Under the pieces are notes generated by a model, which worked only from the letters and a program-made list of their open reading frames with translations, made no database searches and was not told the DNA's origin. This document shows positions 53,256 through 63,232 of a DNA stretch of 64,000 bases, piece after piece. Both the position numbers and the translations under genes were made by a program. Each line of letters starts with the position of its first letter. Position 1 is the stretch's first letter. The DNA lies in NCBI GenBank assembly GCA_000433255.1, contig HF998225.1, forward strand, positions 19,063-83,062. The letters run 5' to 3'. Source of the DNA: Coprobacillus sp. CAG:605 (GTDB lineage Bacteria; Bacillota_I; Bacilli_A; RF39; UBA660).

Positions 53256-54607
53256 TAATATTCTCCTTCTTCTTTTATCGAAATATAATTTTTAAAATTC
53301 ATCATTGTTGGTTCAAATAAGACAGTAAATTTACCAGTACCACCTTTACGATGTTTAGCAATAATAATATCTGTTTCTGCATTATCATTTTTTCCTAGTT
53401 GTTCTTTAGCTTTATAATAATCTTTTCTATTTATAAACATTACTATATCGGCATCCTGTTCGATAGAACCTGATTCTCTTAAATCGGCAAGCATTGGTTC
53501 ATTGTTTTCTCTTTTTTCCGCATTACGTGAAAGCTGCGCTAACGCTATTACTGGAACTTTTAATTCCATAGCCATTGTCTTTATCGAACGAGAAATATCT
53601 GAAACTTCTTGTTGTCTTGAATCCGGTCTTTTTCCCCCTAAAGTAAGAAGCTGTAAGTAATCTATTATAACAAGTCCTAATCCTTCAGGTTTTGAAGCCA
53701 AGCGACGACACTTAGCTCTAATATCACTTGATGTAATACCCGCATTATCTTCAATATACATATTTGTATCAGCAAGCTGACTCATAGCTTCATTATATTT
53801 TTTCCAATCAGTTTGCATCATTTGACCATTTTGTAACTTCTTACCTTCAATGCCACCTAAAGCACTAAGCATACGATTAACTAATTGTTCCTTAGACATT
53901 TCCAAGTTGAATATGGCAATAGCTTTTTTCGTTGTCATTGCAGCATGGGTCGCAATATTTAACGCAAAGGCTGTTTTTCCCATACCGGGACGAGCCGCAA
54001 TAACTATCATTTCACCTTCATGTAAACCACTAGTGGCTTTATCTAAATCAATAAAACCAGTCTCTAACCCCGATATCGTTGATTTATTTTGAGCTAAATA
54101 TTCTAATTGCTCTTGTGCACTTCTTAATGCCTCACTAATAGGAACAAACTCACTAGTTTGACGAGACCTTACAACATCTAAAATATTCTTTTCAGCTGTA
54201 TCAAGTAATGAAGTAACATTATCTTCTTCCTCATAAGCCTCCGTAACAATATCAGTCGCTGTATTAATTAAATTTCTAACAATAGCTTTCTCTTTAATAA
54301 TATTTATATAATAATCTAAGTTAGCTGCTGTAGCTACCGAATCAATAACCTCAGTTAAATATTCAATTCCCCCAACAGCAGAAAAATTCTTCGTTTTATC
54401 TAATTCATCACTAACCGTAGTTACATCTATGGCAATACTTTGTTCATGTAAACTCTTAATAGCTTGAAAAAGCTTTTTATTTCTATCATCATAAAACATA
54501 TCTTCATTTACTTCTTCAACTATCTTACTAATAAGTTTATCATCCAAAAATGCCACCCCTAAGACTGACATTTCAGCTTCTAAATTTTGTGGCATCTTTC
54601 TTGCCAT
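53255..54607 (-). CDS. dnaB: Replicative DNA helicase (DnaB family; DnaC in Bacillus nomenclature)
   Basis: PQNLEAEMSVLG, Walker A ARPGMGKTAF, and IIDYLQL...SRQQEVS.ISR..K..A.EL.VPVIALAQLSR are present. The start is set at MARKMPQ, after the AGGTGA RBS. Confidence 0.95.
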   Translation of the reverse strand: MARKMPQNLEAEMSVLGVAFLDDKLISKIVEEVNEDMFYDDRNKKLFQAIKSLHEQSIAIDVTTVSDELDKTKNFSAVGGIEYLTEVIDSVATAANLDYYINIIKEKAIVRNLINTATDIVTEAYEEEDNVTSLLDTAEKNILDVVRSRQTSEFVPISEALRSAQEQLEYLAQNKSTISGLETGFIDLDKATSGLHEGEMIVIAARPGMGKTAFALNIATHAAMTTKKAIAIFNLEMSKEQLVNRMLSALGGIEGKKLQNGQMMQTDWKKYNEAMSQLADTNMYIEDNAGITSSDIRAKCRRLASKPEGLGLVIIDYLQLLTLGGKRPDSRQQEVSDISRSIKTMAMELKVPVIALAQLSRNAEKRENNEPMLADLRESGSIEQDADIVMFINRKDYYKAKEQLGKNDNAETDIIIAKHRKGGTGKFTVLFEPTMMNFKNYISIKEEGEY

Positions 54608-54616
54608 ATTAATCAC

Positions 54617-55057
54617 CTACTTTGCTAATGTTACTCTTATTTTAAATTTAACTTTTTTATGTAGTTCAATCTCTACCATATGATCCCCTAAAGTATCTAA
54701 AGGATATTCTATCTTTATTTGTTTTTTATCAACATTATATCCTTTCTTCTTCAAGTCATCACTTATTTGTTTCGAAGAAACATTTCCAAAAACTTTATCC
54801 ATTGTACCAGTTTTAACCTTAAAGATAAATCTTTCTTTTAATATTTTATCTTTCATTTCATTCATATCTTTAATTAATTGTTCTTCATCTTTTTTTCTTT
54901 TGTCAAGTTCTTTATTAAGTAACTCTTTTGATTTAGTTGATGCCGCTACTGCAAGATTATTTTTAATCAAGAAATTCATTGCATAGCCATCACTTACATC
55001 TATTATATCATCCTTCTTACCTTGTTTTTTTACATCTTTTAATAGTATAACTTTCAT
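54617..55057 (-). CDS. rplI: 50S ribosomal protein L9
   Basis: [27 protein letters not shown] is the L9 N-terminus. The track's GTG start lies inside the GGAGGT RBS. Confidence 0.93.
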   Translation of the reverse strand: MKVILLKDVKKQGKKDDIIDVSDGYAMNFLIKNNLAVAASTKSKELLNKELDKRKKDEEQLIKDMNEMKDKILKERFIFKVKTGTMDKVFGNVSSKQISDDLKKKGYNVDKKQIKIEYPLDTLGDHMVEIELHKKVKFKIRVTLAK

Positions 55058-55174
55058 AGTTACCTCCACTTCTTTTGCTTTTTTATTATACCAAATTACA
55101 AAGAAAAAAGATACCCTAAGGTACTTTTTAATATTTTACCCAAAACATGAGTATATTTTTTACAATTTAATGCA

Positions 55175-56389
55175 TCATCTAATTTCAACTAATAGCTTAT
55201 TAATTTTAGAACAAAGTAGCAAGTCTAAAATCGCAATTACAAGCATTAAAAATATTGCATAAACAACATCATATCTTAATAATATTATTGTTATAATCAC
55301 GCTTATTAAAAACTTACCTAACTTAAGCGACAATGTCAAATAATTAATGACTTTTTCTTGCTGAGCTACATCGCAATTATCTAGTACCATCGTCCTAATA
55401 TAATTTTGCAACGGGTCTCTTAAGGCTAAAAATGTAAAGAAGCCAATAGCAATTAACCCAATACCAATTACTTTTAAAGGGATAAAATTGCCTATAATTA
55501 TTATAAAATCAGCTAAAGCAAGCATTATTATTAATTTACTTAAAACATTCTTATCATTTTTCTTTAACAATTTAGGAAATAAATAATTTGAAAATACTCT
55601 TACAACCCTTGAAATCGCAATTATTAAAGATAAAATTAACGCAACTTGGGAAGAACTTATTATCTCATTCATATTATACAGTAATAACAATTTACTATTA
55701 GACTGTCCTAAATCTATTATTGAATACGAAAATGCAAATAATATAAATAAAAGCATTACTAATTTTGAAGCTTTAAAAGATTTTTTACTTTTCTTCTTTT
55801 GTTTAAGTTCTTCAGTTTTTGGAACTTCATATAAAAAATTTGAAAATATCATATTGCAAAAGCAAAATGCAGTACATAAAATCATTGGTAAATAATTATT
55901 TAAATTAAAAATAACACCAGCTACAAAGGAAATAGCCATAGTTGTTATTGAATAAACCATACTTGCTTTACTTTGATAATCTAAAAATTCTTTTTCCTGT
56001 TTCATGTACTTAAGATTGTTTTTCAAAATAACACTATCCATATTCTTAAATAAAAATGCTAATTCATATAAACTTTCACCAATTATAATTAGATAATATT
56101 GCTTAGAAAAAGTTATTACAAACGATCCCAAAAACAATAATACAGTACCTAATTTAACAGAATTAATATTCCCTATTTTTTTTATAATTTTATACGACAA
56201 TGGTTGAAACAATATAGTCGAAACAAGGCCAAAAGAAACTAAAGAACTTATCTGAGCACTAGTAAAACCTTTAACATTCGTTAAAAACAAAGTATTAATA
56301 GCAGCCCAAAATAGCAAATCAGCAGTTAGCCCAGAAAATAATGGAAATAATTTATTGCTTCTTATAACTTTTTTCTCTTCAACACCCAT
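55175..56389 (-). CDS. Polytopic (about 12 TM) MFS-like transporter
   Basis: The call rests on the hydrophobicity pattern, with a central basic loop (KQKKKSKKSFK). No diagnostic motif was read. Confidence 0.45.
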   Translation of the reverse strand: MGVEEKKVIRSNKLFPLFSGLTADLLFWAAINTLFLTNVKGFTSAQISSLVSFGLVSTILFQPLSYKIIKKIGNINSVKLGTVLLFLGSFVITFSKQYYLIIIGESLYELAFLFKNMDSVILKNNLKYMKQEKEFLDYQSKASMVYSITTMAISFVAGVIFNLNNYLPMILCTAFCFCNMIFSNFLYEVPKTEELKQKKKSKKSFKASKLVMLLFILFAFSYSIIDLGQSNSKLLLLYNMNEIISSSQVALILSLIIAISRVVRVFSNYLFPKLLKKNDKNVLSKLIIMLALADFIIIIGNFIPLKVIGIGLIAIGFFTFLALRDPLQNYIRTMVLDNCDVAQQEKVINYLTLSLKLGKFLISVIITIILLRYDVVYAIFLMLVIAILDLLLCSKINKLLVEIR

Positions 56390-56467
56390 ACAAAAACCTC
56401 ATGATTAATATAACACAAAATAATGAAGACTCAACAAAAAATACCCAAATGGGTATTAAAACATTAA

Positions 56468-56686
56468 TTAGTCTTTAACATATGGAATTAAAGCCATAAA
56501 TCTTGCATATTTAACTTGTTGTGCAATATGTCTTTGATGTTTTGCACAAGCACCAGTCATTCTACGATTCATAATTTTTCCTTTTTCAGTAATATATTTA
56601 GAAATAATATTTACATCTTTATAATCGATAGATTTACCAGCACACATTTGACAAATTTTCTTTTTCTTACGATAAAATTCTGCCAT
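56468..56686 (-). CDS. rpsR: 30S ribosomal protein S18
   Basis: C......IDYKD...L..YI...GKI..RR.TG.CAKHQR.....K.AR..ALIPY is typical of S18. Confidence 0.94.
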   Translation of the reverse strand: MAEFYRKKKKICQMCAGKSIDYKDVNIISKYITEKGKIMNRRMTGACAKHQRHIAQQVKYARFMALIPYVKD

Positions 56687-56708
56687 AATTACTTAATCTC
56701 CTCTCTTT

Positions 56709-57209
56709 TTAGAAAGGTAAGTCATCATCTGATAACGCAACTTCAGAACCCATATTAGCATAAGGGTCTTCACTTAAATCAGTAGTTACAATATCATTAG
56801 ACCCACCAAAATTGTTAGAACTCATACTATCATTAGTATTTGATACATTATTATAATTATTTGCAGCATAGCTACTTGATTCACTAGAAGTACTACGACC
56901 TCCTAAGAAAGATACATTATCAGCAATAACTTCTGTAACATATCTCTTAGTACCATCTTGTGCATCATAATTTCTAGTTTGAATTCTACCATCAACAGCA
57001 ACTTGAGAACCTTTAGTACAATACTTAGCTATATTTTCAGCTTGCTTTCTCCATGCAACACAGTTAATAAAATCAGCTTCTCTATCACCTTGTGCATTGG
57101 CATAATTTCTTTGAACAGCAATTGAAAATGATGTTGTAGCAACACCACTTGGAGTTGTACGCATTTCAGGGTCTCTTGTTAATCTTCCTATTAAAATTAC
57201 TTTATTCAT
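56709..57209 (-). CDS. ssb: Single-stranded DNA-binding protein
   Basis: [18 protein letters not shown] and a low-complexity tail ending in DDDLPF are present. Confidence 0.95.
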   Translation of the reverse strand: MNKVILIGRLTRDPEMRTTPSGVATTSFSIAVQRNYANAQGDREADFINCVAWRKQAENIAKYCTKGSQVAVDGRIQTRNYDAQDGTKRYVTEVIADNVSFLGGRSTSSESSSYAANNYNNVSNTNDSMSSNNFGGSNDIVTTDLSEDPYANMGSEVALSDDDLPF

Positions 57210-57212
57210 TTT

Positions 57213-57503
57213 CTACTCCTCATCTAATTTAATAACTAAATGTCTTAAAATAGATTCATCGATTGAAGCTTTACGGTCAAATTCCTTAACTACTTCTTTA
57301 GTTGCTTCAATAGTCATTACAAAATAATAACCACTAATTTCTTTTTTAATAGCGTAAGCTAATTTTCTTTCGCCCATTTCTTTAAAACTAACTACTTTGC
57401 CCTTTAAATCTTCAACAATTTTTTTCATATTGTTAGCAACTTCTTTAACTTGAGCTTCTTCCATAGTAGCTTTAACAATGAACATAATTTCATATTTATT
57501 CAT
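57213..57503 (-). CDS. rpsF: 30S ribosomal protein S6
   Basis: YE.MFIV............................GERKLAY.I......GYY is typical of S6. Confidence 0.94.
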   Translation of the reverse strand: MNKYEIMFIVKATMEEAQVKEVANNMKKIVEDLKGKVVSFKEMGERKLAYAIKKEISGYYFVMTIEATKEVVKEFDRKASIDESILRHLVIKLDEE

Positions 57504-57609
57504 TCTTCTACACCTCCCTTTGGTCTTATTCGGTATCTAAGTTATTTAGATACAAGGAGTAATTTCTTTACTCGTTTTGTATTATAACAAACATATTTTC
57601 AAATTACAA
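57504..57609 (-). promoter_or_regulatory. rpsF promoter and two-hairpin 5' leader
   Basis: The minus strand reads TTGTAA-17 nt-TATAAT at 57581-57609. Two hairpins follow: GAGTAA-AGAAA-TTACTC at 57557-57573, and GTATCTAA-ATAA-CTTAGATAC at 57533-57553. The second is followed by CGAATAAG and the GGGAGGTG RBS. Confidence 0.5.
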
Positions 57610-57714
57610 CCACCTTTTCTTCAAAAGTTTACATAATTTATTCAGTTTTTATTATATATGGGGCATTTATCGTCTCAATTACTAAACCATTTTGATACTT
57701 ACAATATATATTTC

Positions 57715-57745
57715 CAAATTAAAATCGCCCGCAGGCGATTTTTTT
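57715..57745 (-). terminator. Rho-independent terminator after ychF (symmetric A/T flanks)
   Basis: ATCGCC-CGCA-GGCGAT has A4 on one side and T7 on the other. The hairpin is GC-rich in an AT-rich context. Confidence 0.85.
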
Positions 57746-58846
57746 CTATACATTAAATCTAAATAATACAATATCTCCATCTTGCATTACATAATCTTTA
57801 CCTTCAAGTCTCTTCTTACCAGCTTCTTGTACAGCCTTTTCACTACCATACTTTTCTAAATCATCAAAACTAGTAACTTCAGCCTTAATAAATCCTCTTT
57901 GAAAATCACTATGAATAATTCCTGCACATTCTGGTGCTTTCATTCCAATCTTAAAAGTCCATGCTCTACATTCATCTTTTCCTACCGTAAAGAAAGTTTG
58001 TAATCCAAGTAAGTTATAAGTCGCAAAAATAAGCTTATCTAATCCACTATTTTTAATGCCTAAATCATTTAAAAATTGTTTCTTATCATCATCATTCAAT
58101 TCCGATAACTCAGACTCCATTTTTGCACACATGACAACAACCGAAGCTCCTTCTTTAGAAGCATATTCCTTAACCTTTTTCGTATAATCATTTTCACCCA
58201 CAACGACATCATCTTCCGATACGTTAGCGACATAAATAATTGGTTTTAAAGTAATAAAGTTAAAGTTTTTAAGTTGTAATAACTCATCTTCGCTAAACTC
58301 TAAATGTCTTAGTGGAATATTATTTGTTAATGCATCAACACATTTTTTTAATACTTCATACTCTGCTACGGCATCTTTATCTTTCGTAGTTTCTGCTTTC
58401 TTTTGAATTTTACTAACTCTATTTTCTGCTATCTCCAAATCTGCTAGTATTAACTCTACATTAATTATTTCAATATCTCTAATTGGGTCAGTTTTTCCTT
58501 CAACATGAATAATATCTGCATCATCAAAACATCTTACAACCTCAACAATTGCATCAGTTTCTCTTATATGTGATAAAAACTTATTACCAAGTCCTTCACC
58601 AGAAGCAGCTCCTTTAACTAACCCTGCTATATCGGTAAATTCAAAAGTAGTTGGAATAGTTCTTTCTGGAACATATAAATTTTCTAAATATTCTAATCTA
58701 CTATCTGGTACTGTAACTACCCCTACATTTGGGTCAATTGTCGCAAATGGATAATTCGCTGCTAATATATTTTTCTTTGTAATTGCATTAAATAATGTTG
58801 ATTTTCCTACATTAGGTAATCCTACAATTCCTGCTTTTAATGCCAT
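57746..58846 (-). CDS. ychF: Ribosome-binding ATPase YchF
   Basis: GIVGLPNVGKSTLFNA, DIAGLVKGAS.GEGLGN.FL and a C-terminal TGS domain (MQDGDIVLFRFNV) are present. Confidence 0.95.
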   Translation of the reverse strand: MALKAGIVGLPNVGKSTLFNAITKKNILAANYPFATIDPNVGVVTVPDSRLEYLENLYVPERTIPTTFEFTDIAGLVKGAASGEGLGNKFLSHIRETDAIVEVVRCFDDADIIHVEGKTDPIRDIEIINVELILADLEIAENRVSKIQKKAETTKDKDAVAEYEVLKKCVDALTNNIPLRHLEFSEDELLQLKNFNFITLKPIIYVANVSEDDVVVGENDYTKKVKEYASKEGASVVVMCAKMESELSELNDDDKKQFLNDLGIKNSGLDKLIFATYNLLGLQTFFTVGKDECRAWTFKIGMKAPECAGIIHSDFQRGFIKAEVTSFDDLEKYGSEKAVQEAGKKRLEGKDYVMQDGDIVLFRFNV

Positions 58847-58898
58847 AATATCACGTCCTTACTAGACTATTATAATGAAAACCACCAAATTTAGCAAC

Positions 58899-58923
58899 TA
58901 AAAAAAAGATAACCGCAGTTACC
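58899..58923 (-). terminator. Terminator after the AbgT-family gene
   Basis: The minus RNA GGUAAC-UGCG-GUUAUC (1 G.U) is followed by U8. Confidence 0.6.
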
Positions 58924-58926
58924 TTT

Positions 58927-60456
58927 CTAAATTGTTGGCGCTCCACTACCTAATGGAAGTCCAACTATATACCATAATATAAGTATTACTAGTAATAAAA
59001 TACCAACCATATAACTATACTTTCTTTGATATTTCAAAGATCTAAATAACGTTATTGGTTCATCTCCTTGTTGATATTTTTCTAAGTATGCCAAGTAAAT
59101 AACATAATATGCCATAATAGGAGTTATTCCATAAGTAACACATTCACCAAATCTAAATATTACTTGAATAAATTCTGGCGAAAACCCTGCATTCATCATA
59201 ATTGGTACACAATTTCCTGCTAGTATTGTCCATTTATTTACTGAACCAGGTAACACCATTGTTGCAATAACTACAACCAAGAAGAACAATATCAAAAGTG
59301 GAATACCTGTAAATGCACTACCACCAACTAAGTTAGACAATGCCCCAACTATAACTGTTCCAATATTTGATTTCTTAAACACATTAATTAAAACCGACGC
59401 TAGTAAAATCAAAACAATTGGTTTACCTATTTCATCTAAGGAATGACCTAAATCATCACAAAAATCATTATTATTCTTAATCGTTTTCGCTCCAAGTCCA
59501 TAAAATAGACCTAGTAATACAAAAAGCATTGTAATTATAAAGACAAAACCTTGAGAGAAGAAACTATCTGGACTAAATAATTTATCTATATATAAAACCT
59601 GTTTATAATCTAATAAATTACCCCCAAATGGCACATTAGGAATAATATTATATATAAAGAATAATACATATACTAATCCCACTGTACCAGCAAATAATAA
59701 CCCTCTAAGCTCTCTTTTAGTTAGCTTAAATTCTTTCTTTTCTTCTTTAAATTCATACTTTTCAACTTCATTAACCATAAATTTTTCAGTTATAAAAGTA
59801 ATTAATATTGATACCAAAATAGCCGCTACTAACATTATTAAGAAATACGACCAAACTCCCATAGTATAATTATTATCTAAAATATGGGAAGCATTTAAAG
59901 TAATATTCATTAAACTAGAATCTACACTTGTAAATATAACACTTAATCCCGTTCCACAAGTTAACCCAGCAAATGATGCTACAATTCCTATCAAAGGATT
60001 TCTCCTTCCATATAAGAACACTAAAGCACTTAAAGGTATCATTATTACATAACCAAGTTCCCCAGCTAGACTAAATAAAATCGAAATAAGCACTATTGCA
60101 AAAGTAATTGTTTTTTTCTGAGCATTCTTCGTTATCAACGTAAAAGTTGTCTTTAAAAAACCACTCTTCTCCATAACACCAATTCCAATAAGAATTATTA
60201 TCAACATCGATAATGGTGTAAACGCTACAAAGTTAGAAACAGTTGAAGAAAATATATACTTAAGCCCACTTAAACTAAACATATTTTCTACACTAACTAA
60301 AGTCTTATCATAAGTATTAGTAACTGAATTTACTTCATTATAAGTAACACTAACTCTAAATAACGATAAAATACCACTAAGTACTATTGTTAACCCAATT
60401 AGAATAACTAATGTCATTATAGGATTTAATTTAATCTTACTCTTAGTTTTGTTCAT
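58927..60456 (-). CDS. AbgT-family (p-aminobenzoyl-glutamate-type) transporter
   Basis: An approx 510-aa polytopic protein whose size and N-terminal pattern are consistent with AbgT. The start was moved to the ATG after the GGGTGA RBS. It overlaps the DUF951 gene by 14 nt. Confidence 0.55.
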   Translation of the reverse strand: MNKTKSKIKLNPIMTLVILIGLTIVLSGILSLFRVSVTYNEVNSVTNTYDKTLVSVENMFSLSGLKYIFSSTVSNFVAFTPLSMLIIILIGIGVMEKSGFLKTTFTLITKNAQKKTITFAIVLISILFSLAGELGYVIMIPLSALVFLYGRRNPLIGIVASFAGLTCGTGLSVIFTSVDSSLMNITLNASHILDNNYTMGVWSYFLIMLVAAILVSILITFITEKFMVNEVEKYEFKEEKKEFKLTKRELRGLLFAGTVGLVYVLFFIYNIIPNVPFGGNLLDYKQVLYIDKLFSPDSFFSQGFVFIITMLFVLLGLFYGLGAKTIKNNNDFCDDLGHSLDEIGKPIVLILLASVLINVFKKSNIGTVIVGALSNLVGGSAFTGIPLLILFFLVVVIATMVLPGSVNKWTILAGNCVPIMMNAGFSPEFIQVIFRFGECVTYGITPIMAYYVIYLAYLEKYQQGDEPITLFRSLKYQRKYSYMVGILLLVILILWYIVGLPLGSGAPTI

Positions 60457-60643
60457 TCTTATCACCCAAAACTTTCTTTAATTTACGATTAAACTCTAAT
60501 CTATCCATCATAATTTCTCTACCACAATTATTGCATTGAATTTTTATATCCACCCCAACACGGGTAATTTTCCATTCATTTGTCCCACAAGCATGAGGCT
60601 TTTTCATTATAACATTATCATTTAATTTATAATTATTTTCCAT
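60443..60643 (-). CDS. DUF951-family small protein (B. subtilis YyzM-like)
   Basis: A 66-aa protein with KKPHACG.NEW.I.R.G.DI...C..CGR. It occupies the same origin-proximal position as in Bacillus. Confidence 0.7.
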   Translation of the reverse strand: MENNYKLNDNVIMKKPHACGTNEWKITRVGVDIKIQCNNCGREIMMDRLEFNRKLKKVLGDKNEQN

Positions 60644-61448
60644 TATGCACCTCTATTTGTGGATATGGTATCTTTATATCTTCTCTATCAAATGTCATCT
60701 TAACAAGTCTTAAAGCATCTCTTCTAACTTGCCATTGTTTATCTTGAACACACTCAATTTTTACCATATATCTTACTGAACTATCGCTCAAAGTATCAAC
60801 TCCTAAATATTTAACTGAATTTTTCATAACATACTGAATTTTTTCAAATTCGGGAATTAACATATTTAATACTTTTTCAGTTTTCTCTACTGGTTCTTCA
60901 TAAGCTACATCAAGTTTTAAATATACAATTGATCTAGTCTGTGATAAGTTAATTGCCTGAGTAACATTACGATTAGCAATAGCTAAAATATCACCATCAA
61001 AGTTCTTAAGCTTAGTACTCTTTAATCCAAGTTCAATAACTTCCCCAGTAAAGCCATTAATTGTAACATAATCACCTACAATATAATAATTCTCTAGTAT
61101 TATTGTAATTCCGCTAATAAAATCTTTTAAAGTATCTTGAAAAGCTAAACCTATTACTGCAGAAAACACTCCTAATCCAGCAATAATAGACTTCGTATCT
61201 ATACCATATGTTTCTAAAATAATTATACCTACTATCACAACAATAATATATTTAATCACATTAGAACTTAATTCTACAATAGTCTTTCTTTTCTTAGTCT
61301 CATAAGCACTTTTACTACCATACTCTAAAGCTTTCTTGACCCCTGATCTAATAATTCTATAAATCAAATACCCAATAGTAATTGCTAGAATAGGAACATA
61401 AACTCTCGGTTTAAAAAGAATTTCTAAAATTTTATCAAAAAACTTCAT
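60633..61448 (-). CDS. Small-conductance mechanosensitive channel (MscS family)
   Basis: Three TMs are followed by the beta-domain pattern GD.V.I.G..G.V.E.GL..T.L...DG. Confidence 0.8.
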   Translation of the reverse strand: MKFFDKILEILFKPRVYVPILAITIGYLIYRIIRSGVKKALEYGSKSAYETKKRKTIVELSSNVIKYIIVVIVGIIILETYGIDTKSIIAGLGVFSAVIGLAFQDTLKDFISGITIILENYYIVGDYVTINGFTGEVIELGLKSTKLKNFDGDILAIANRNVTQAINLSQTRSIVYLKLDVAYEEPVEKTEKVLNMLIPEFEKIQYVMKNSVKYLGVDTLSDSSVRYMVKIECVQDKQWQVRRDALRLVKMTFDREDIKIPYPQIEVHNGK

Positions 61449-61449
61449 A

Positions 61450-62337
61450 TTAACCTTCTATCTCTATATTAAGAGATTCTAAAATACGTTCTAATTCTTG
61501 AGTCGAGTTAAATGGTATTTCAATTTTTTTATTACCTATTTTAACTCTTGTTCCCGTTTTTTCTCTTAAAGCATTTTCATATATTATATATTTATTTGAA
61601 TCACTTACTTTTGTTGTATGTTGAGGATTAATCTTAGGCAACGCCTCATCCCTAGCAATATTTTCAATTGTTCTAACATTTAATCCCTCAGTTATAATTT
61701 TATCTGCTAATCTATCAATTTGTTCTTCATCTTCAAGTTTTGATAGCGCTCTTGCATGAGACATCGTTAGTTTATTTTCTTCAACATATTTCTTTGTTGT
61801 TTCTGGTAATTTCAAAAGTCCTAAAATATTAGTAATATAACTTCTACTCTTGCCAAACTTTTTAGCTAATTCATCTTGAGTCATATTACTTGATTTAAGA
61901 ATATTATCATATGCCATAGCTTCTTCAATGGGGTTTAAATTTTCTCTTTGGATATTTTCAATTAACGCTATTTCCATCATTTCTTGGTCATTGAAATTTT
62001 TAATTATCGCTGGTATTGTCTTAAGTCCTGCAATTCTTGAAGCCTTAGTACGACGTTCACCAGCAACTAACTCATATCCTTTAATACTTTTCTTAACAAT
62101 AATTGGTTGAACAATTCCATGTTCTTTAATTGATTCTGCTAATTCATTTAAAGCCTCTTCATCAAATATTTTACGAGGCTGATAAGGATTACTTCTTATC
62201 TCATCTAAAGAAATTTCTACTATTTCATTTGGTTTAGCCTCTTCAACTAAACCTTTTTCAAAGTTATCAAAATCAATTCTTTCATTAGAAAATAATTGCT
62301 CTAACCCTTTACCTAATGCTTTTCTCTTAGTTTCCAT
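61450..62337 (-). CDS. parB: Chromosome partitioning protein ParB/Spo0J
   Basis: NPYQPRK.FDEE.L.ELAESIKEHGI.QPI.V......YELVAGERR and an HTH are present. Confidence 0.93.
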   Translation of the reverse strand: METKRKALGKGLEQLFSNERIDFDNFEKGLVEEAKPNEIVEISLDEIRSNPYQPRKIFDEEALNELAESIKEHGIVQPIIVKKSIKGYELVAGERRTKASRIAGLKTIPAIIKNFNDQEMMEIALIENIQRENLNPIEEAMAYDNILKSSNMTQDELAKKFGKSRSYITNILGLLKLPETTKKYVEENKLTMSHARALSKLEDEEQIDRLADKIITEGLNVRTIENIARDEALPKINPQHTTKVSDSNKYIIYENALREKTGTRVKIGNKKIEIPFNSTQELERILESLNIEIEG

Positions 62338-63112
62338 TTCTACTAATTACCTCCTTAGCTAAATTTTGATAAGCCAAAGTCGCTCTACTTTCTGGGTCAT
62401 AATCACTTATTGGCTTCCCATGACTTGGCGCTTCAACTAATCTTACTAATCTTGGAATAATCGTATTAAATACTTTGTTTTTAAAATATCCTCTTATTTC
62501 TTCAATTACTTCAAGTCCTATATTAGTTCTTCCATCTAACATAGTAAGAAGAACTCCCTCTATTTTCAAATTAGGATTCATATTCGACTGAACCATAATA
62601 ACTGAATTTAATAACTGCGTAATCCCTTCCAATGCAAAGAACTCACATTGTACTGGAATAATTATTGAATTACTAGCTACTAAAGCATTCATAGTTGTAA
62701 TTCCTAAAGATGGCTGGCAGTCAATAATTATATAATCAAACTTTTCAAGTAATGGTTCAATACTAAGTTTTAACTGTTCATTTTGTCTAAAGTTAGAATC
62801 TTCTAACATGGCCTTAACAAACTCTACATCTACACCAGCTAAATTTAATGTTGCCGGAATAATACTTAAGTTCTTAAACTTAGTCTTTATTATAGCTTCT
62901 TTAGCTTCACAAGCCCCAGTCATAACGTCATAAATATCATGCTTTATATCGCCATTATTTAATCCTAACCCTGTTGAAGCATTACCCTGAGGGTCTAAAT
63001 CAATTAATAATGTTTTCTTACCTTCTTTACCCAACGCAGCTGCTAAATTAATACTTGAAGTAGTCTTTCCTACTCCCCCTTTTTGATTAACTAATGAAAT
63101 AACTTTTGCCAT
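62327..63112 (-). CDS. parA: Chromosome partitioning ATPase ParA/Soj
   Basis: The deviant Walker A NQKGGVGKTT is present. It overlaps parB by 11 nt. Confidence 0.93.
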   Translation of the reverse strand: MAKVISLVNQKGGVGKTTSSINLAAALGKEGKKTLLIDLDPQGNASTGLGLNNGDIKHDIYDVMTGACEAKEAIIKTKFKNLSIIPATLNLAGVDVEFVKAMLEDSNFRQNEQLKLSIEPLLEKFDYIIIDCQPSLGITTMNALVASNSIIIPVQCEFFALEGITQLLNSVIMVQSNMNPNLKIEGVLLTMLDGRTNIGLEVIEEIRGYFKNKVFNTIIPRLVRLVEAPSHGKPISDYDPESRATLAYQNLAKEVISRNGN

Positions 63113-63232
63113 ACTCTATACCACCTTTATATACATTGCTCTTTAATTTTATCATATAAAGTAGATTTTGTCTTAAATTTTCTCTAAAATTTCTTATTTG
63201 TAATTTGAGAATCCCAAAATAAAAGAACTAGA

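Noticed and set aside
38154-60465. GTG/TTG-initiated N-terminal extensions in the track for clpP, whiA, lemA, dnaB, rplI, the AbgT-like gene, walJ and ORF 40552-41508.
   Set aside because: For six of these the alternative start codon is part of the Shine-Dalgarno sequence (AGGTGA or GGAGGT) that serves the next in-frame ATG. That ATG also restores the conserved family N-terminus. For walJ, the internal ATG overlaps the upstream stop (TAATG) and restores the family N-terminus MKVCVLASGSKGN. For ORF 40552-41508, the 47 upstream codons are Cys-rich and implausible, and the chosen ATG has its own AAAGGGTG RBS.
35365-62110. Other small overlapping ORFs: 35365-35649, 37890-38129, 43555-43782, 49307-49543, 51953-52204, 53850-54092, 56516-56758 and 61928-62110.
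   Set aside because: Each lies wholly or almost wholly within, or antisense to, a confidently identified gene (gap, the kinase-like gene, ftsX/ftsE, lemA, M23, dnaB, rpsR/ssb, parB). None has independent support.
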